Shown piece after piece: positions 10,932-20,787 of a stretch of 54,062 nt of DNA. The stretch covers positions 2,868 through 56,929 of the forward strand of contig CAYWXW010000003.1 in assembly GCA_964462265.1 (NCBI GenBank). Reading direction: 5' to 3'. Both the position numbers and the translations under genes were made by a program. Below the pieces are notes generated by a model. It saw only the letters and a program-made list of their open reading frames with translations. It searched no databases and was not told where the DNA came from. The DNA is from an uncultured Porticoccaceae bacterium (GTDB lineage Bacteria > Pseudomonadota > Gammaproteobacteria > Pseudomonadales > Porticoccaceae). The stretch's first letter is position 1, and the number at the start of each line of letters is the position of its first letter.

Positions 10932-11598
10932 CTGCCATATCAGAATAATTATATTTTAAACCCTTTACAAGACTACCAATAGAATGATCATCTAAACTCT
11001 GTTCCTGATTTGTATTTTCAAATTGATAAATCTTACGTTTACGCATATCTAATCGAGTTGTCTCATATTTTTTATCGTCATTTATAACTTGTATGAAATA
11101 ATTATAATGACATGATGTTAACCACGAAAAACCCTCTCTACCAATATTTACATCAAATGTATAAAAATACCCATAATAATACATCCTCTCTATACTATGT
11201 GATAGCATCTCATACTTTAATTCTTTAGTTTTAGATCTAAATTTAGGTGATTTTAATAATTCTTTACCAGCTTTATAATAATCTATTATTAATTCATCTT
11301 TTAATAATCGCAATTGTTTTTCATACTCTTTATAAATTGGACAATTTTCTTTTCTATCATCAGGAAAGGCTTTTAAAAAATAATGAATGTTTCTATATCT
11401 CTCTAATTTTAAAGTAATGATGGTTTTATTTAGATAATGATTTTTCTTAGTATCATTTACTTTTTTCTTTTTAATAATCTTATATTCATCTGGAACACTA
11501 GATTGTTTTTTATTTTCTTGTTTTGCCTTTTCCTTTTTTTCTTTTTTTAATTCTAATTTCCAAGCAGGAATTCTTTTACGACTTTTTTTATTTGCCAT
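10921..11598 (-). CDS. hypothetical protein with lysine-rich N-terminus
   Basis: 225-aa ORF that overlaps both neighbouring genes. No motif recognised. Confidence 0.55.
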   Translation of the reverse strand: MANKKSRKRIPAWKLELKKEKKEKAKQENKKQSSVPDEYKIIKKKKVNDTKKNHYLNKTIITLKLERYRNIHYFLKAFPDDRKENCPIYKEYEKQLRLLKDELIIDYYKAGKELLKSPKFRSKTKELKYEMLSHSIERMYYYGYFYTFDVNIGREGFSWLTSCHYNYFIQVINDDKKYETTRLDMRKRKIYQFENTNQEQSLDDHSIGSLVKGLKYNYSDMAVDE

Positions 11599-13435
11599 TT
11601 AATTTACCCTCCAACCACAACTTACGATATGAAGCATCATCTGAAAATATTTTTTCTATATAGCTCGATGTAATATCAGATATTTGGATTTTCTTATATC
11701 TTGGATTAAAAATTATATCCCTATATTGATTTTCATCGTAAGTACCCAAACCTTTATAATAATTAATATCAAAACCTACTAAATCAGCATTAATAAAATC
11801 ATCATAATTATAAAATATCTTTTCTGTTTTTTTATTTTTAGCAATAACCAAAGGCGCACTAACAATACGTAATCTACCTTTGGTTATTATATCTGGGAAA
11901 AATTTGTAAAAAAACAAAATTAATAACATTGCTATATGTTGTCCATCGGTATCATTATCAACCAAAAGATATATATTCTTAAAATTTATTTTATTTAAAT
12001 AATTATCGTCTCTAAGATCAACACCCAAAACTAAAAGTAAATCATTAACTTTTTTACTTTGACGTACTTTTAACTCACGCATATTAATTACATTAATAAA
12101 CTTGCCACCCAATGCATAAAATGCATGTTTCTTATTATCTCGTACTTTTAAGCCCATACCTATAGCAGAGTCACCCTCAGCAATAAAAAGATCACCTTCC
12201 CCTTTTTTATGCTTTTCAATACGTATAAATTTATCTAAATTTTTTAAATTTCTCTTTTTCTCAATCTTAATTATTTTTGTTATCTCTTTCTCTTCTGCAA
12301 CACTATTATATTGAGATGCTAAATTATAAAACAATGTTTCATTGTGCTGAAAATAATTATTTAAAAATTCACATATTTTAACAATATGATCTTTCATAAT
12401 ATTATTATATTCGATGATTGATATGGTAATTTTAGACTTATATTGTCCAATAAAATTTGGACTTAAAATACCATTTATAGAAAATAAAATATAAAATTCT
12501 TTTTGTATCAATGATGGTTTTAAGTCAACTTTGTATTTTTGATTTATTAATTTTCTTAAATAACCATAAACCATTGTAGTCATATTTGATAAATGAGACC
12601 CACCATCATATGTATTTACACCATTTGCAAAAGTAATATCAGCTTCGTTATCATTTTTTGAATATAAACCTAATAAAATATTACCATTACGATATACCAT
12701 ACCATTTTTTAAATATTGTGGTAAGCCATATATTATTTCTTCATCATTTAAATATATGCTCATATCATCATATAAAGTTTTTATCTCAATTAACTTCATT
12801 TTAATAATATTAAAAATATTATCAAAGGTTAATAATTCAATATTTTTAAATTTTTCCAAATCAATAATAAAATTTAAAGTTGTACCTCTTGTATGAGATC
12901 TGCGTCTAAGTAATTTTTCATTAATCTCACTCATATTATTTTCACATTTAAGAACATATTTATTATGATCATTAACAGTCACAACTTTAAATTTCTTAGA
13001 AAATAAATTAGTGAGTGATACCCCAACACCGTTCATACCAATACCAGATCTTTGTGTGTCATCAAAGTTTGACCCAGCCATTAATGATGTGAATGCTATT
13101 TTAGCAGAGATATCATCATTTATTTTGTCTGTACTTAAACCTCGACCATTATCCTCAATAGTATAAAGAACATGATCTTTTTTATTTTTTATATTTACTT
13201 TGAGTATATTACCAAATTTACCTTTAGTTTTTATATATTCATCAATTGCATTATCAATTGGTTCTTGTATTATTTTAAAATACCCATCATTGTAATATAT
13301 CTCATCATAATATGGTTCATCATCTTCAATAAACCACATATATTTTTTATATGTGGTAATATCACCAATATACATTGATGATCTTTTAAATACATGTTCG
13401 ACTTGAGATAATTGTTGTATTTTATCTGATTTCAT
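11588..13435 (-). CDS. gp39: DNA topoisomerase II large subunit (GyrB-like; fused T4 gp39+gp60 equivalent)
   Basis: IDNAIDE, EDNGRG, EGDSA and DNDTDGQHI. The track start is a TTG; ATG 13435 follows AAGGA. Its 615 aa cover both the gp39 and gp60 regions in a single ORF. Confidence 0.9.
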   Translation of the reverse strand: MKSDKIQQLSQVEHVFKRSSMYIGDITTYKKYMWFIEDDEPYYDEIYYNDGYFKIIQEPIDNAIDEYIKTKGKFGNILKVNIKNKKDHVLYTIEDNGRGLSTDKINDDISAKIAFTSLMAGSNFDDTQRSGIGMNGVGVSLTNLFSKKFKVVTVNDHNKYVLKCENNMSEINEKLLRRRSHTRGTTLNFIIDLEKFKNIELLTFDNIFNIIKMKLIEIKTLYDDMSIYLNDEEIIYGLPQYLKNGMVYRNGNILLGLYSKNDNEADITFANGVNTYDGGSHLSNMTTMVYGYLRKLINQKYKVDLKPSLIQKEFYILFSINGILSPNFIGQYKSKITISIIEYNNIMKDHIVKICEFLNNYFQHNETLFYNLASQYNSVAEEKEITKIIKIEKKRNLKNLDKFIRIEKHKKGEGDLFIAEGDSAIGMGLKVRDNKKHAFYALGGKFINVINMRELKVRQSKKVNDLLLVLGVDLRDDNYLNKINFKNIYLLVDNDTDGQHIAMLLILFFYKFFPDIITKGRLRIVSAPLVIAKNKKTEKIFYNYDDFINADLVGFDINYYKGLGTYDENQYRDIIFNPRYKKIQISDITSSYIEKIFSDDASYRKLWLEGKLNGK

Positions 13436-13450
13436 TATAATTCCTTGCAA

Positions 13451-13484
13451 CAAAAAAGTTTTACTTAGTCATTTAAGTAAAACT
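13451..13484 (-). terminator. rho-independent terminator after rnh
   Basis: Perfect 11-bp stem AGTTTTACTTA/TAAGTAAAACT (13457-13467 and 13474-13484) with a 6-nt loop, followed on the minus strand by TTTTTG. Confidence 0.7.
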
Positions 13485-13512
13485 TACTAAATTTTTTTAT
13501 TGATGTCAAGAT

Positions 13513-14487
13513 TTATCTTAATTTAAATAGACCAGTTTGTATATCTTTTTTTAGATCAGGTATTTCGTATTTTTTTAAATAATCAAATAATTTATTTCTT
13601 GATATTTTTCTGTCTTCCAATATTATATTTTTATTTTCATAAACGTTTAATATCTTCTCAATTATATAATCAGGAATAAAATCAAGACTTATCATTTGCC
13701 TATTTTGTTCATATCTTTCTTTATATTGAGATTTTATTTCTTTTAAGTTTTTTCTTCTTGTTTCTTTATCAACATCATCACCAAACCATTGATTGATTTT
13801 AGACTCACCTAGACCCTTAGCTCTTTGTGGTTTTCCTGTTTTCTCATTTATGGGTGTATTAGTATAAAAATCTATAGGATTAAAAATATTTGGAACATCA
13901 TCAGTTGCATCACCCATTAGAATATGTGATATTAAATATAGTTTAGGTTTTTTAACTTTCATAAATTCATTTTTAACAGGATCAAATATTTTAACTGTTT
14001 TATATTTTAATAATTGTTTAAAATCCTTATCAGATGATATAATAAAAATATTATGTGTATTATTAAACTCGTTTGTTAATGTGCCTATAATATCATCACC
14101 TTCCGCATCTTTTATACTCAACATTGGAATCTCAAACAGATCAGATATCTCATTTGCAATAATGCTCATCTGATCATTAAAACTATCCCAATCAATATTT
14201 TCATCTTTATTTTCTTTTCTTCTTTTTTTATAAAAAGGATTTTCTTTTTCTCTCCATGTACCATGATCACAACATAAAATGTAATTTTTTATGTTGATAT
14301 CATTGTTTTTCTTAAATAATAAAATACTTTTAATAACACCATATCTCACATTTTTATATGCTTCTGTATAATCAACTTTTTTGATATCATTATTCTTTAA
14401 TAATGATGATTGTCTGGTTACCTCCGGCATAGCATATCTATAAAATATCTGTGAAAAATCAAATAAAACCATACTTTTTTTACTCAT
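13513..14487 (-). CDS. rnh: RNase H / 5'-3' flap exonuclease (T4 rnh-like)
   Basis: FEN-family blocks DFSQIF, CCDHGTWREKENPFYKKRRK, EGDDIIG and ISSDKDFKQL. Confidence 0.85.
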   Translation of the reverse strand: MSKKSMVLFDFSQIFYRYAMPEVTRQSSLLKNNDIKKVDYTEAYKNVRYGVIKSILLFKKNNDINIKNYILCCDHGTWREKENPFYKKRRKENKDENIDWDSFNDQMSIIANEISDLFEIPMLSIKDAEGDDIIGTLTNEFNNTHNIFIISSDKDFKQLLKYKTVKIFDPVKNEFMKVKKPKLYLISHILMGDATDDVPNIFNPIDFYTNTPINEKTGKPQRAKGLGESKINQWFGDDVDKETRRKNLKEIKSQYKERYEQNRQMISLDFIPDYIIEKILNVYENKNIILEDRKISRNKLFDYLKKYEIPDLKKDIQTGLFKLR

Positions 14488-14517
14488 AATTTACTCCATA
14501 ATTTCATAACAACAAAT

Positions 14518-15591
14518 TTATCTAACAAATGTAAATGACTGTTCTAGTAATAATTTTTCAAAATTTATATTTTCTTCAAAACAATAAATAAAATATTTTC
14601 CAGAATCAGATGTCTGTAAGCTACTATTATATGGTGCAGTATTTCTTATTTCGACACAATCACCAATTTTTAAATTAGTATTACTAAAACTGTATTTAGC
14701 AACTAAAGTATTATTAAAATAATAATCTTCAAGATATAAAGAATTATGTAATGTTTTTATATTATTAATTCTATCTTGAGGATAAAATACATCATTATCT
14801 ATGCCCTTATTAATATATGATGGTGTTTTTGTATCAACATCAAAATTATATAAAATATAACCAGCCTTTGATGATTGACCATTATATAAATTACGAAATG
14901 ACCCCTGAATATTATTTGTGCGGTCAGTATCGTTTGTACCTATGACATTACTTAGATCAAACCTAAAAGTACTCGGAGAATTGAGAATAATACCTCTTTC
15001 TCTAACATAAATATCGGTATTATTATTACGTTCATATATAAAACTTGGTTCATCACCTAAGTATCTTATAATATTAATATCTTCTAATATATTTGCATTA
15101 CGACAATAATAAGTATATTTGTTATTATCAGTAATATCTACATTTATATTTAATTCATAATATTTAAAGATTTCATTTAACATCTCTGATTTTGTTTTAT
15201 TAACAAAAGTTTTATTAAATCTATCATTCATTAAATCATATAAACGATGATCTACTAGATCAAATTTTATATTTTGTATACTTGTGGATTTCTCCAATTC
15301 ATTTGATGGGATTGCATTTATTTTAAATAAAAACTCACGTGTTTCAAAATAATCTTCCATTAATCCTGTAGCATATGATATTCTAATTGTATCACCACTC
15401 TCTATAAATGATGATAATGATTCTTCTGTCTGAATCATAAGTTGCGCAACAGGAAATATGTTTAAGGATGAATGTACTATGTTTAAATATCGACATAATG
15501 CAGTAATTTCAATTTCTTTTTTATTGATATTTCTAAGAAAAATACCATTTAATTTAAATCGCCTATTTTGATTACGTCTCTCTATTACCAT
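14518..15591 (-). CDS. putative baseplate/tail structural protein
   Basis: Follows the gp48-like gene after a 5-nt gap. The C-terminal GDCVEI...SGKYFIY...EQSFTFVR is reminiscent of baseplate hub proteins, but the assignment is weak. Confidence 0.35.
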   Translation of the reverse strand: MVIERRNQNRRFKLNGIFLRNINKKEIEITALCRYLNIVHSSLNIFPVAQLMIQTEESLSSFIESGDTIRISYATGLMEDYFETREFLFKINAIPSNELEKSTSIQNIKFDLVDHRLYDLMNDRFNKTFVNKTKSEMLNEIFKYYELNINVDITDNNKYTYYCRNANILEDINIIRYLGDEPSFIYERNNNTDIYVRERGIILNSPSTFRFDLSNVIGTNDTDRTNNIQGSFRNLYNGQSSKAGYILYNFDVDTKTPSYINKGIDNDVFYPQDRINNIKTLHNSLYLEDYYFNNTLVAKYSFSNTNLKIGDCVEIRNTAPYNSSLQTSDSGKYFIYCFEENINFEKLLLEQSFTFVR

Positions 15592-15596
15592 TTTAT

Positions 15597-16553
15597 TTAC
15601 TTATAATTATTTTTAACAAACTTAACATTCTCATCCCAACTTTTAGTACCCATTTTTTCAAGTTCAATAAAACTCAAAGACATATCATAAATTGGTTCAC
15701 CTGATGGTGTTCTTGAAAAATTTACATTCTGAGATGTATCTCCAAAATTAAATGTGCTATCTACTAGACCACAATTATAATAATTTAAAAATGGATCGAT
15801 TGAAGTCTGTTGATCATTTATATTTGATCCATAACTCGTGAAACTTATAAACCAAGTTGCTGGTGCTGATACTGACCACACATCATCTTTATAATTACCA
15901 ATTTGTGTGGCTCTAAAAATTTCTCGAATGAGTTTTAAATCTTTTTCTTCTTCCGCATTTTGAGGTTTCATAAGATTATATGTAACACCAAAAGTACGTC
16001 TTTCAACACCATCATAAATCATCATATCATGTGGATTTTCCATATATCCATTACCAATAATAGACCGACCTAAAGCTTTCCATTCTTCAGGTGCTGATGA
16101 TAATATATTAGCTATTCCGCCTAAAGCATTACCAGCCATATTACCTCCAAACATATTTAGAGCATTACCACCCATTTTCATGATTGTTGTAAAATTAGCT
16201 AAAGACCACTTAAAGAATTCACCACTAGCCAATAAATCAAGACCATTTATTAACTTATAATTAGATTTTAATGTATCTCTAACTTTATTAATTGGTAAAG
16301 TTATACTTCGAACAATTTTACCATCGGGGTCTATTAATTGTTCAGCATAAATAATTCTCTCAGCTTGATCTAATCTATCAATAATTACTTGTTTTTTATC
16401 ACTATTACCTGTTAAACTATTCTTTAATTTTTCTTTATTAAGCATAAATTGTACGATTTTAGGTACAAACGTAACATATGCTTTACCTTCCAATGGCATA
16501 TCAGCTATTTTATTTGGATATATTATATCTCTAAACTCTCTTGTTTTTGCCAT
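15597..16553 (-). CDS. baseplate tail-tube cap-like protein (T4 gp48-like)
   Basis: A Gly/Ala/Asn-rich middle region, then MIYDGVERRTFGVTYNLMKPQNAEEE and SAPATWFISF...PIYDMSLSFIELE, follow the pattern of T4 gp48 (YGGAENRTKVFTWDLTPRSTED; NPTVWMVKNF...TFTLEITMREI). Confidence 0.5.
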   Translation of the reverse strand: MAKTREFRDIIYPNKIADMPLEGKAYVTFVPKIVQFMLNKEKLKNSLTGNSDKKQVIIDRLDQAERIIYAEQLIDPDGKIVRSITLPINKVRDTLKSNYKLINGLDLLASGEFFKWSLANFTTIMKMGGNALNMFGGNMAGNALGGIANILSSAPEEWKALGRSIIGNGYMENPHDMMIYDGVERRTFGVTYNLMKPQNAEEEKDLKLIREIFRATQIGNYKDDVWSVSAPATWFISFTSYGSNINDQQTSIDPFLNYYNCGLVDSTFNFGDTSQNVNFSRTPSGEPIYDMSLSFIELEKMGTKSWDENVKFVKNNYK

Positions 16554-16554
16554 T

Positions 16555-17010
16555 TTACCATTCCATTATTTTAATATTATTATTACGACTTTCTTGATAT
16601 GTGAGTACTTTAAATTTTATATACTCATCCGTAATAAAAATTGTATTTTCCTTACCAGATTGATCTAAATAAACCCACTCTTTTAGATCATCATTATTTA
16701 TGATTTTGATTAGATCATATTTAACTAATATTTGAGCTATTTTATTACGCAGTCTTAAATTTCTCTCATTTATATTACTATAGTCAGAATGATCTAATGC
16801 ATACATTTCTGACCAATGTACAATATAATATTTATTGCGTCTATGATATAAGTAACATTCCTGTATATATACATCATCTTTTAGTGTGCATATTCTAGCA
16901 ATTGTTTCCCTAACTAATCTATAACCATTTTCATTGATAAATTTAATTTCAATAAAATTTGATAATAATAAAAAATCATTTGATTTAGCTTCTATCGTTT
17001 TTGAAAACAT
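16555..17010 (-). CDS. regA: translational repressor RegA
   Basis: VRETIARICTLKDDVYIQECYLYHRRNKYYIVHWSEMYALD aligns with T4 RegA VKETLTRMGI...YQSCHILQKKGLYYIVHFKEMLRMD, and RNKIAQILVKYDLIKI aligns with RRDSIAWLLEDWGLIEI. The likely start is ATG 17010, which overlaps the gp47 3' end by 26 nt. Confidence 0.85.
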   Translation of the reverse strand: MFSKTIEAKSNDFLLLSNFIEIKFINENGYRLVRETIARICTLKDDVYIQECYLYHRRNKYYIVHWSEMYALDHSDYSNINERNLRLRNKIAQILVKYDLIKIINNDDLKEWVYLDQSGKENTIFITDEYIKFKVLTYQESRNNNIKIMEW

Positions 17011-18022
17011 AAAATCTCTTTTTAACCTCTTCCTCGATATCATCATCTAAAATCAAAGTATTAAAAAAATCTATTTCATTTTCTTCATTTGATTTATTTT
17101 CAACTTCTATTTCTTCAAAAGCAAATTCTTTATTTCTGAAGAAATATTTAACGTCAATTGGTTTATAATTCACATTTACATAGTTTATAATTTTATTTAT
17201 AACATCATTATCATCACTATCTATTGATATTTTAACTTTCTTATTATCAATATTATCAATTACATCAAGCCAATTATCATTATCAAATTCCTTAATATAT
17301 AATTCAATAAAAATATCATCATGCATATATACTGATTTTAGTTCTCTTTTATTATTTAAAATAAAGGTTTCATGATTTGTACCCTCACCAAATTTTGTTT
17401 GATATGGTGATCCCAAGTATACAACATTACGCTTTGTTTGATTTAAATGATAATGACCTGATATTACTTTATCATATTTATTATAAGTAGATCTTTTAAG
17501 CTGACTTGATGTCATAATATATTTATCATTAGTCTGAAATCCGCTCAATTCAAAATGACCCAGTAAAATATAATCACTTTTATTATATTTCATTATATCT
17601 GATATTATTTTTTCATTATTTTCTTTTGGTATCCATGGACATAAAACAATTTTTTCATCATCTAATACCAAAACATCATCTTGAATGAATCTAACATCAC
17701 ATTTGATCTGATTGCTAGCATACTCAAATATTTCTTTAGCTGAGAATATATCATTAACATTGTGATATGTTGAGTCATGATTTCCCATAATAAAATAAAA
17801 GTGATCCACCAATTCCATCATTTTATAATATAATGGTGTGAATATTGCTAAAGATTTATAATGCATATAAGATCTTTTATCACTCCAATCACCCAATATA
17901 ATAACTCTTTTAATTTTTTGAGTTTCTATTATATCAATCATATTATTTAAATATTTAATCGCATAATGTGTTAGAAAAGTATCGTCATTATGATGTAAAT
18001 CTGTCATTAATAATGTTTTCAT
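16985..18022 (-). CDS. gp47: recombination nuclease subunit (T4 gp47, Mre11/SbcD-like)
   Basis: Calcineurin-like phosphoesterase motifs: DLHH, ILGDWSD, MGNHD, LLGHFEL, SGHYH. ATG 18022 forms a TAATG overlap with the upstream gene. Confidence 0.88.
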   Translation of the reverse strand: MKTLLMTDLHHNDDTFLTHYAIKYLNNMIDIIETQKIKRVIILGDWSDKRSYMHYKSLAIFTPLYYKMMELVDHFYFIMGNHDSTYHNVNDIFSAKEIFEYASNQIKCDVRFIQDDVLVLDDEKIVLCPWIPKENNEKIISDIMKYNKSDYILLGHFELSGFQTNDKYIMTSSQLKRSTYNKYDKVISGHYHLNQTKRNVVYLGSPYQTKFGEGTNHETFILNNKRELKSVYMHDDIFIELYIKEFDNDNWLDVIDNIDNKKVKISIDSDDNDVINKIINYVNVNYKPIDVKYFFRNKEFAFEEIEVENKSNEENEIDFFNTLILDDDIEEEVKKRFYVFKNDRS

Positions 18023-18408
18023 TACCAAGTCCTCTTTTTACGTTTATCAATTTTTTTAATTATTACTTTTTTATTTTGAGATTTACATATATCGATCATA
18101 TGTGCTGTACCTGTTGATTTACCATCCCAAAAAGCAATAACAACATCACATATATTTGCCATTTGCATATTCCTAACTAATCCTGCTGATTTATCATATT
18201 TAACCCAATCAGCTTTATATTCAACAAAATTAATTTTATGTTCATTAGCATATCGCATTGCTAATGTATCAGCTCCTATAGCACCACCACTTATTATTTT
18301 TAAAACATTCTTAGTACTAAATATTTTATCTAATATTGCTTCCAAATAACGATAATCTTTAAAAGATCTTGACCCGACTACCGCATAAATTAATGGTTTA
18401 TTATACAT
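18022..18408 (-). CDS. SLOG-superfamily protein (DUF2493/YspA-like)
   Basis: VVGSRSF...ISGGAIGADTLAMRYA...ADWVKYDKSAGLVRN...AFWDGKSTGTAHM fits the GGAxGAD Rossmann signature of DUF2493 as I recall it. Confidence 0.7.
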   Translation of the reverse strand: MYNKPLIYAVVGSRSFKDYRYLEAILDKIFSTKNVLKIISGGAIGADTLAMRYANEHKINFVEYKADWVKYDKSAGLVRNMQMANICDVVIAFWDGKSTGTAHMIDICKSQNKKVIIKKIDKRKKRTW

Positions 18409-18439
18409 TTTTAAATCTCCTTCATAGCAACAAAATTTA

Positions 18440-19309
18440 TTACCAATTTCTCTTTTTACGATCCTTTTTACTTAACCTAAATACTCTTTTATCCCTAACC
18501 TCATTAAATCTTTCATTTATATAATCAGTTGGTATACCCATAGAAGCTCTTTGACCAACAATCCAAAATAAATCACCTTTCTGAATATATGGTATACATT
18601 TAGCTTCATAAATTGGATCTAACAAAATATCATTAAAATATGTAAATTCTTCTTTTTTATAATATTCATGATATGGTGAGTCTGATTTAATTAATTGTAC
18701 TCTTTTTCTCCAATTACGAGGTGCATATTTATCTAATCTTTCTTTTGGATCTGCACCAACTACTATACCAATAACTGGAATATTAATTTTAAGATCAATT
18801 AGACCCCATAACACTCCAGCCAAAGACATACCTGATCCAACAGGCATAACAATTCTTTTTATTTGATTTGGAATATGTTTAAGTTGTTTACGAGTTTGAT
18901 TAATAGCTTCAATAGTTTCCATACCAAAAGGTATTTCTTTATAACCATATTTACGAGCGGCTATTCTTGATCGATTAATTATAACTAAATTATAACCAGC
19001 TTCAACTTGATAAACAGTTGCACCATGAACAACTGCTAATTTAACCTCTGGCATTAATTCACCCTCTGGTGTAAAAACAATAGCAGGTATATTTAATCTA
19101 TTAGCAATCTCCGCAACAATATTAACTTGTGGTGATGATCTACTACCAGCAGTAACTAAACCCTTAGTTTTTTGTGCTAGATACCAACAAGAGCGAACTT
19201 TACCACCACATGATTTACCTATTTTAAATAAATCATCTCTTTTAAAATAAATACCATTCCTAAATTCTACTGGTGTTATTTCAATTGGTTCATATATTTT
19301 ATTTTCCAT
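18440..19309 (-). CDS. PLP-dependent enzyme, ACC deaminase / D-cysteine desulfhydrase family-like
   Basis: FKRDDL...CGGKVRS (the PLP-lysine context of KRDD..GGNKxRK), LVTAGSRSSPQ, MPVGSGMSLAG and ILLDPIYEAK are collinear with E. coli DcyD blocks. Confidence 0.7.
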   Translation of the reverse strand: MENKIYEPIEITPVEFRNGIYFKRDDLFKIGKSCGGKVRSCWYLAQKTKGLVTAGSRSSPQVNIVAEIANRLNIPAIVFTPEGELMPEVKLAVVHGATVYQVEAGYNLVIINRSRIAARKYGYKEIPFGMETIEAINQTRKQLKHIPNQIKRIVMPVGSGMSLAGVLWGLIDLKINIPVIGIVVGADPKERLDKYAPRNWRKRVQLIKSDSPYHEYYKKEEFTYFNDILLDPIYEAKCIPYIQKGDLFWIVGQRASMGIPTDYINERFNEVRDKRVFRLSKKDRKKRNW

Positions 19310-19602
19310 TAGTTAATGTCCTCAATCTTTGTATCATTGATAAAAATATCAAATATTATTTCAACCTCTAAAGAATTTTTTTCAATAATCATCTCACTGA
19401 CAGCAAAACTTATTAAACCAACTTTTTTTATTAGAAAATCATGAATGTTATCTAAATTATTTTTAACTAATAATTCATCATATATTTTATAATCTTCCTC
19501 AGATAATATATTTTGTATGATATTCTTAACTCTCGATTCTAAATTTTTATGAAACTCATCAAAAATGACTTCCATCATATTTAATTTTATATTATGGCTC
19601 AT
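19309..19602 (-). CDS. hypothetical protein
   Basis: 97-aa ORF with overlapping stop/start on both sides. Confidence 0.5.
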   Translation of the reverse strand: MSHNIKLNMMEVIFDEFHKNLESRVKNIIQNILSEEDYKIYDELLVKNNLDNIHDFLIKKVGLISFAVSEMIIEKNSLEVEIIFDIFINDTKIEDIN

Positions 19603-19799
19603 ACAAATTTATAATTATAATCATCAATAAAACTTATGATAAGTGTTTCCGGTATTCTTATACCACAACCCTTACATATGTAACCATCTTTTAGTTCATT
19701 CTTAATTAAAAGATTATTCTTTGAGCTCAAGAAATCAAAATTTTCCATATGACAAAAAGGGCAATCAAATCCAATTTTTTTCATTTTATATTTACGCAT
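19599..19799 (-). CDS. small zinc-ribbon protein
   Basis: CPFC...CKGC. The track start is a TTG; ATG 19799 follows AGGAG. Confidence 0.55.
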   Translation of the reverse strand: MRKYKMKKIGFDCPFCHMENFDFLSSKNNLLIKNELKDGYICKGCGIRIPETLIISFIDDYNYKFV

Positions 19800-19830
19800 A
19801 AATTCTCCTAACAACAAAATATCAAAATAT

Positions 19831-20787
19831 CTATAAGATATTTATATCTAAATATATATCATTAATTAATGTTGTGTCAACTTTATTATTATAAATCTGT
19901 TGTATAATTATTGGTTCATATTTATTTTTATTTTTATGTAGTCCTTTATCATTAACGCTAGCACCAATATTCATTTGAACATCTAATTTATCATAAGTAA
20001 ATATATAATAATTTAACCAATACTCAGCAACTTTATTCATAACAAAAGCATTAATATCATATTTCCAGTTAATTTTATAATTCTTTACTGGCATCGTTAA
20101 AATTAACTCATTACCATAATTTTCAACAATCATATATGCTAAAATATCATTATTTGAATTTTCTACGTATGTGATATATGCTGGTTTAAAATTATTTAGA
20201 TTATTTAGATAATATTTAATTCCTTTCATATTTTTATGATGCTTTATCCAATAATCTGTAATTTTTATTAATCTACGCATGGTTAAAGGATCAACTCTAC
20301 GTGTAGTCTCAACTCTTAATTGACCATTTTCCACAAGTTGATTATTTTTATTGATATATGTTCTAACTCGACCCCATTTTTTGCCTTTCATTAAACATAT
20401 CTTTTTAGCAGAATATATAAACTCATCATTTCCTTTATCAATCATGAGATTGTCAATATCTAAACCATAAATAATTACATCATCTATTGTTAATTTAGTT
20501 TTCACACCAATTAATGCTAAATCATTTATAATTTCTAACTCAAGTTTTCTATCATTATTTTTTGTAATTGGTGGTACTAAAAGATAAACATATTTATTAT
20601 TCATTATATGCCCTCTTTTAAAAATCAAAAGAGCTTTTTTATAAAAAGTATATATAAATTTTTTTGATTGTGTTAAATACATAAACGATTTATAGAAACG
20701 ATTATTTAGATTATTATAATATTGTGAATATTTTTCTAAATCATCAAACTCTATATGTTTAAATTTTAGTTCATTTAAAAATGACAT
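19831..20787 (-). CDS. DUF2156 / MprF C-terminal-like (aminoacyl-tRNA-dependent transferase fold) protein, paralog A
   Basis: EFIYSAKKICLMKGKKWGRVRTYINK and NIGASVNDKGLHKNKNKYEP resemble the DYIY..L..L.GKK..KRN.IN.F and N.E.D.G.eGLRkAK.SY.P blocks of DUF2156 as I remember them. ATG 20787 (GGAG upstream) forms a TAATG overlap with paralog B. Confidence 0.5.
   Translation of the reverse strand: MSFLNELKFKHIEFDDLEKYSQYYNNLNNRFYKSFMYLTQSKKFIYTFYKKALLIFKRGHIMNNKYVYLLVPPITKNNDRKLELEIINDLALIGVKTKLTIDDVIIYGLDIDNLMIDKGNDEFIYSAKKICLMKGKKWGRVRTYINKNNQLVENGQLRVETTRRVDPLTMRRLIKITDYWIKHHKNMKGIKYYLNNLNNFKPAYITYVENSNNDILAYMIVENYGNELILTMPVKNYKINWKYDINAFVMNKVAEYWLNYYIFTYDKLDVQMNIGASVNDKGLHKNKNKYEPIIIQQIYNNKVDTTLINDIYLDINIL

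Noticed and set aside
13172-13378. 68-aa plus-strand ORF
   Set aside because: It is antisense to the topoisomerase large-subunit gene.
11588-13435. Possible gene-60-style split or translational bypass in the topoisomerase large subunit
   Set aside because: The ORF is continuous and covers both the gp39-like and gp60-like regions, as in phages with a fused subunit.
14489-14511. Mini-ORF ATGAAATTATGGAGTAAATTATGA (MKLWSKL) whose stop overlaps the rnh start
   Set aside because: It arises because the upstream motif contains an ATG. At seven codons, and with no equivalent at other motif copies, it is probably coincidental.
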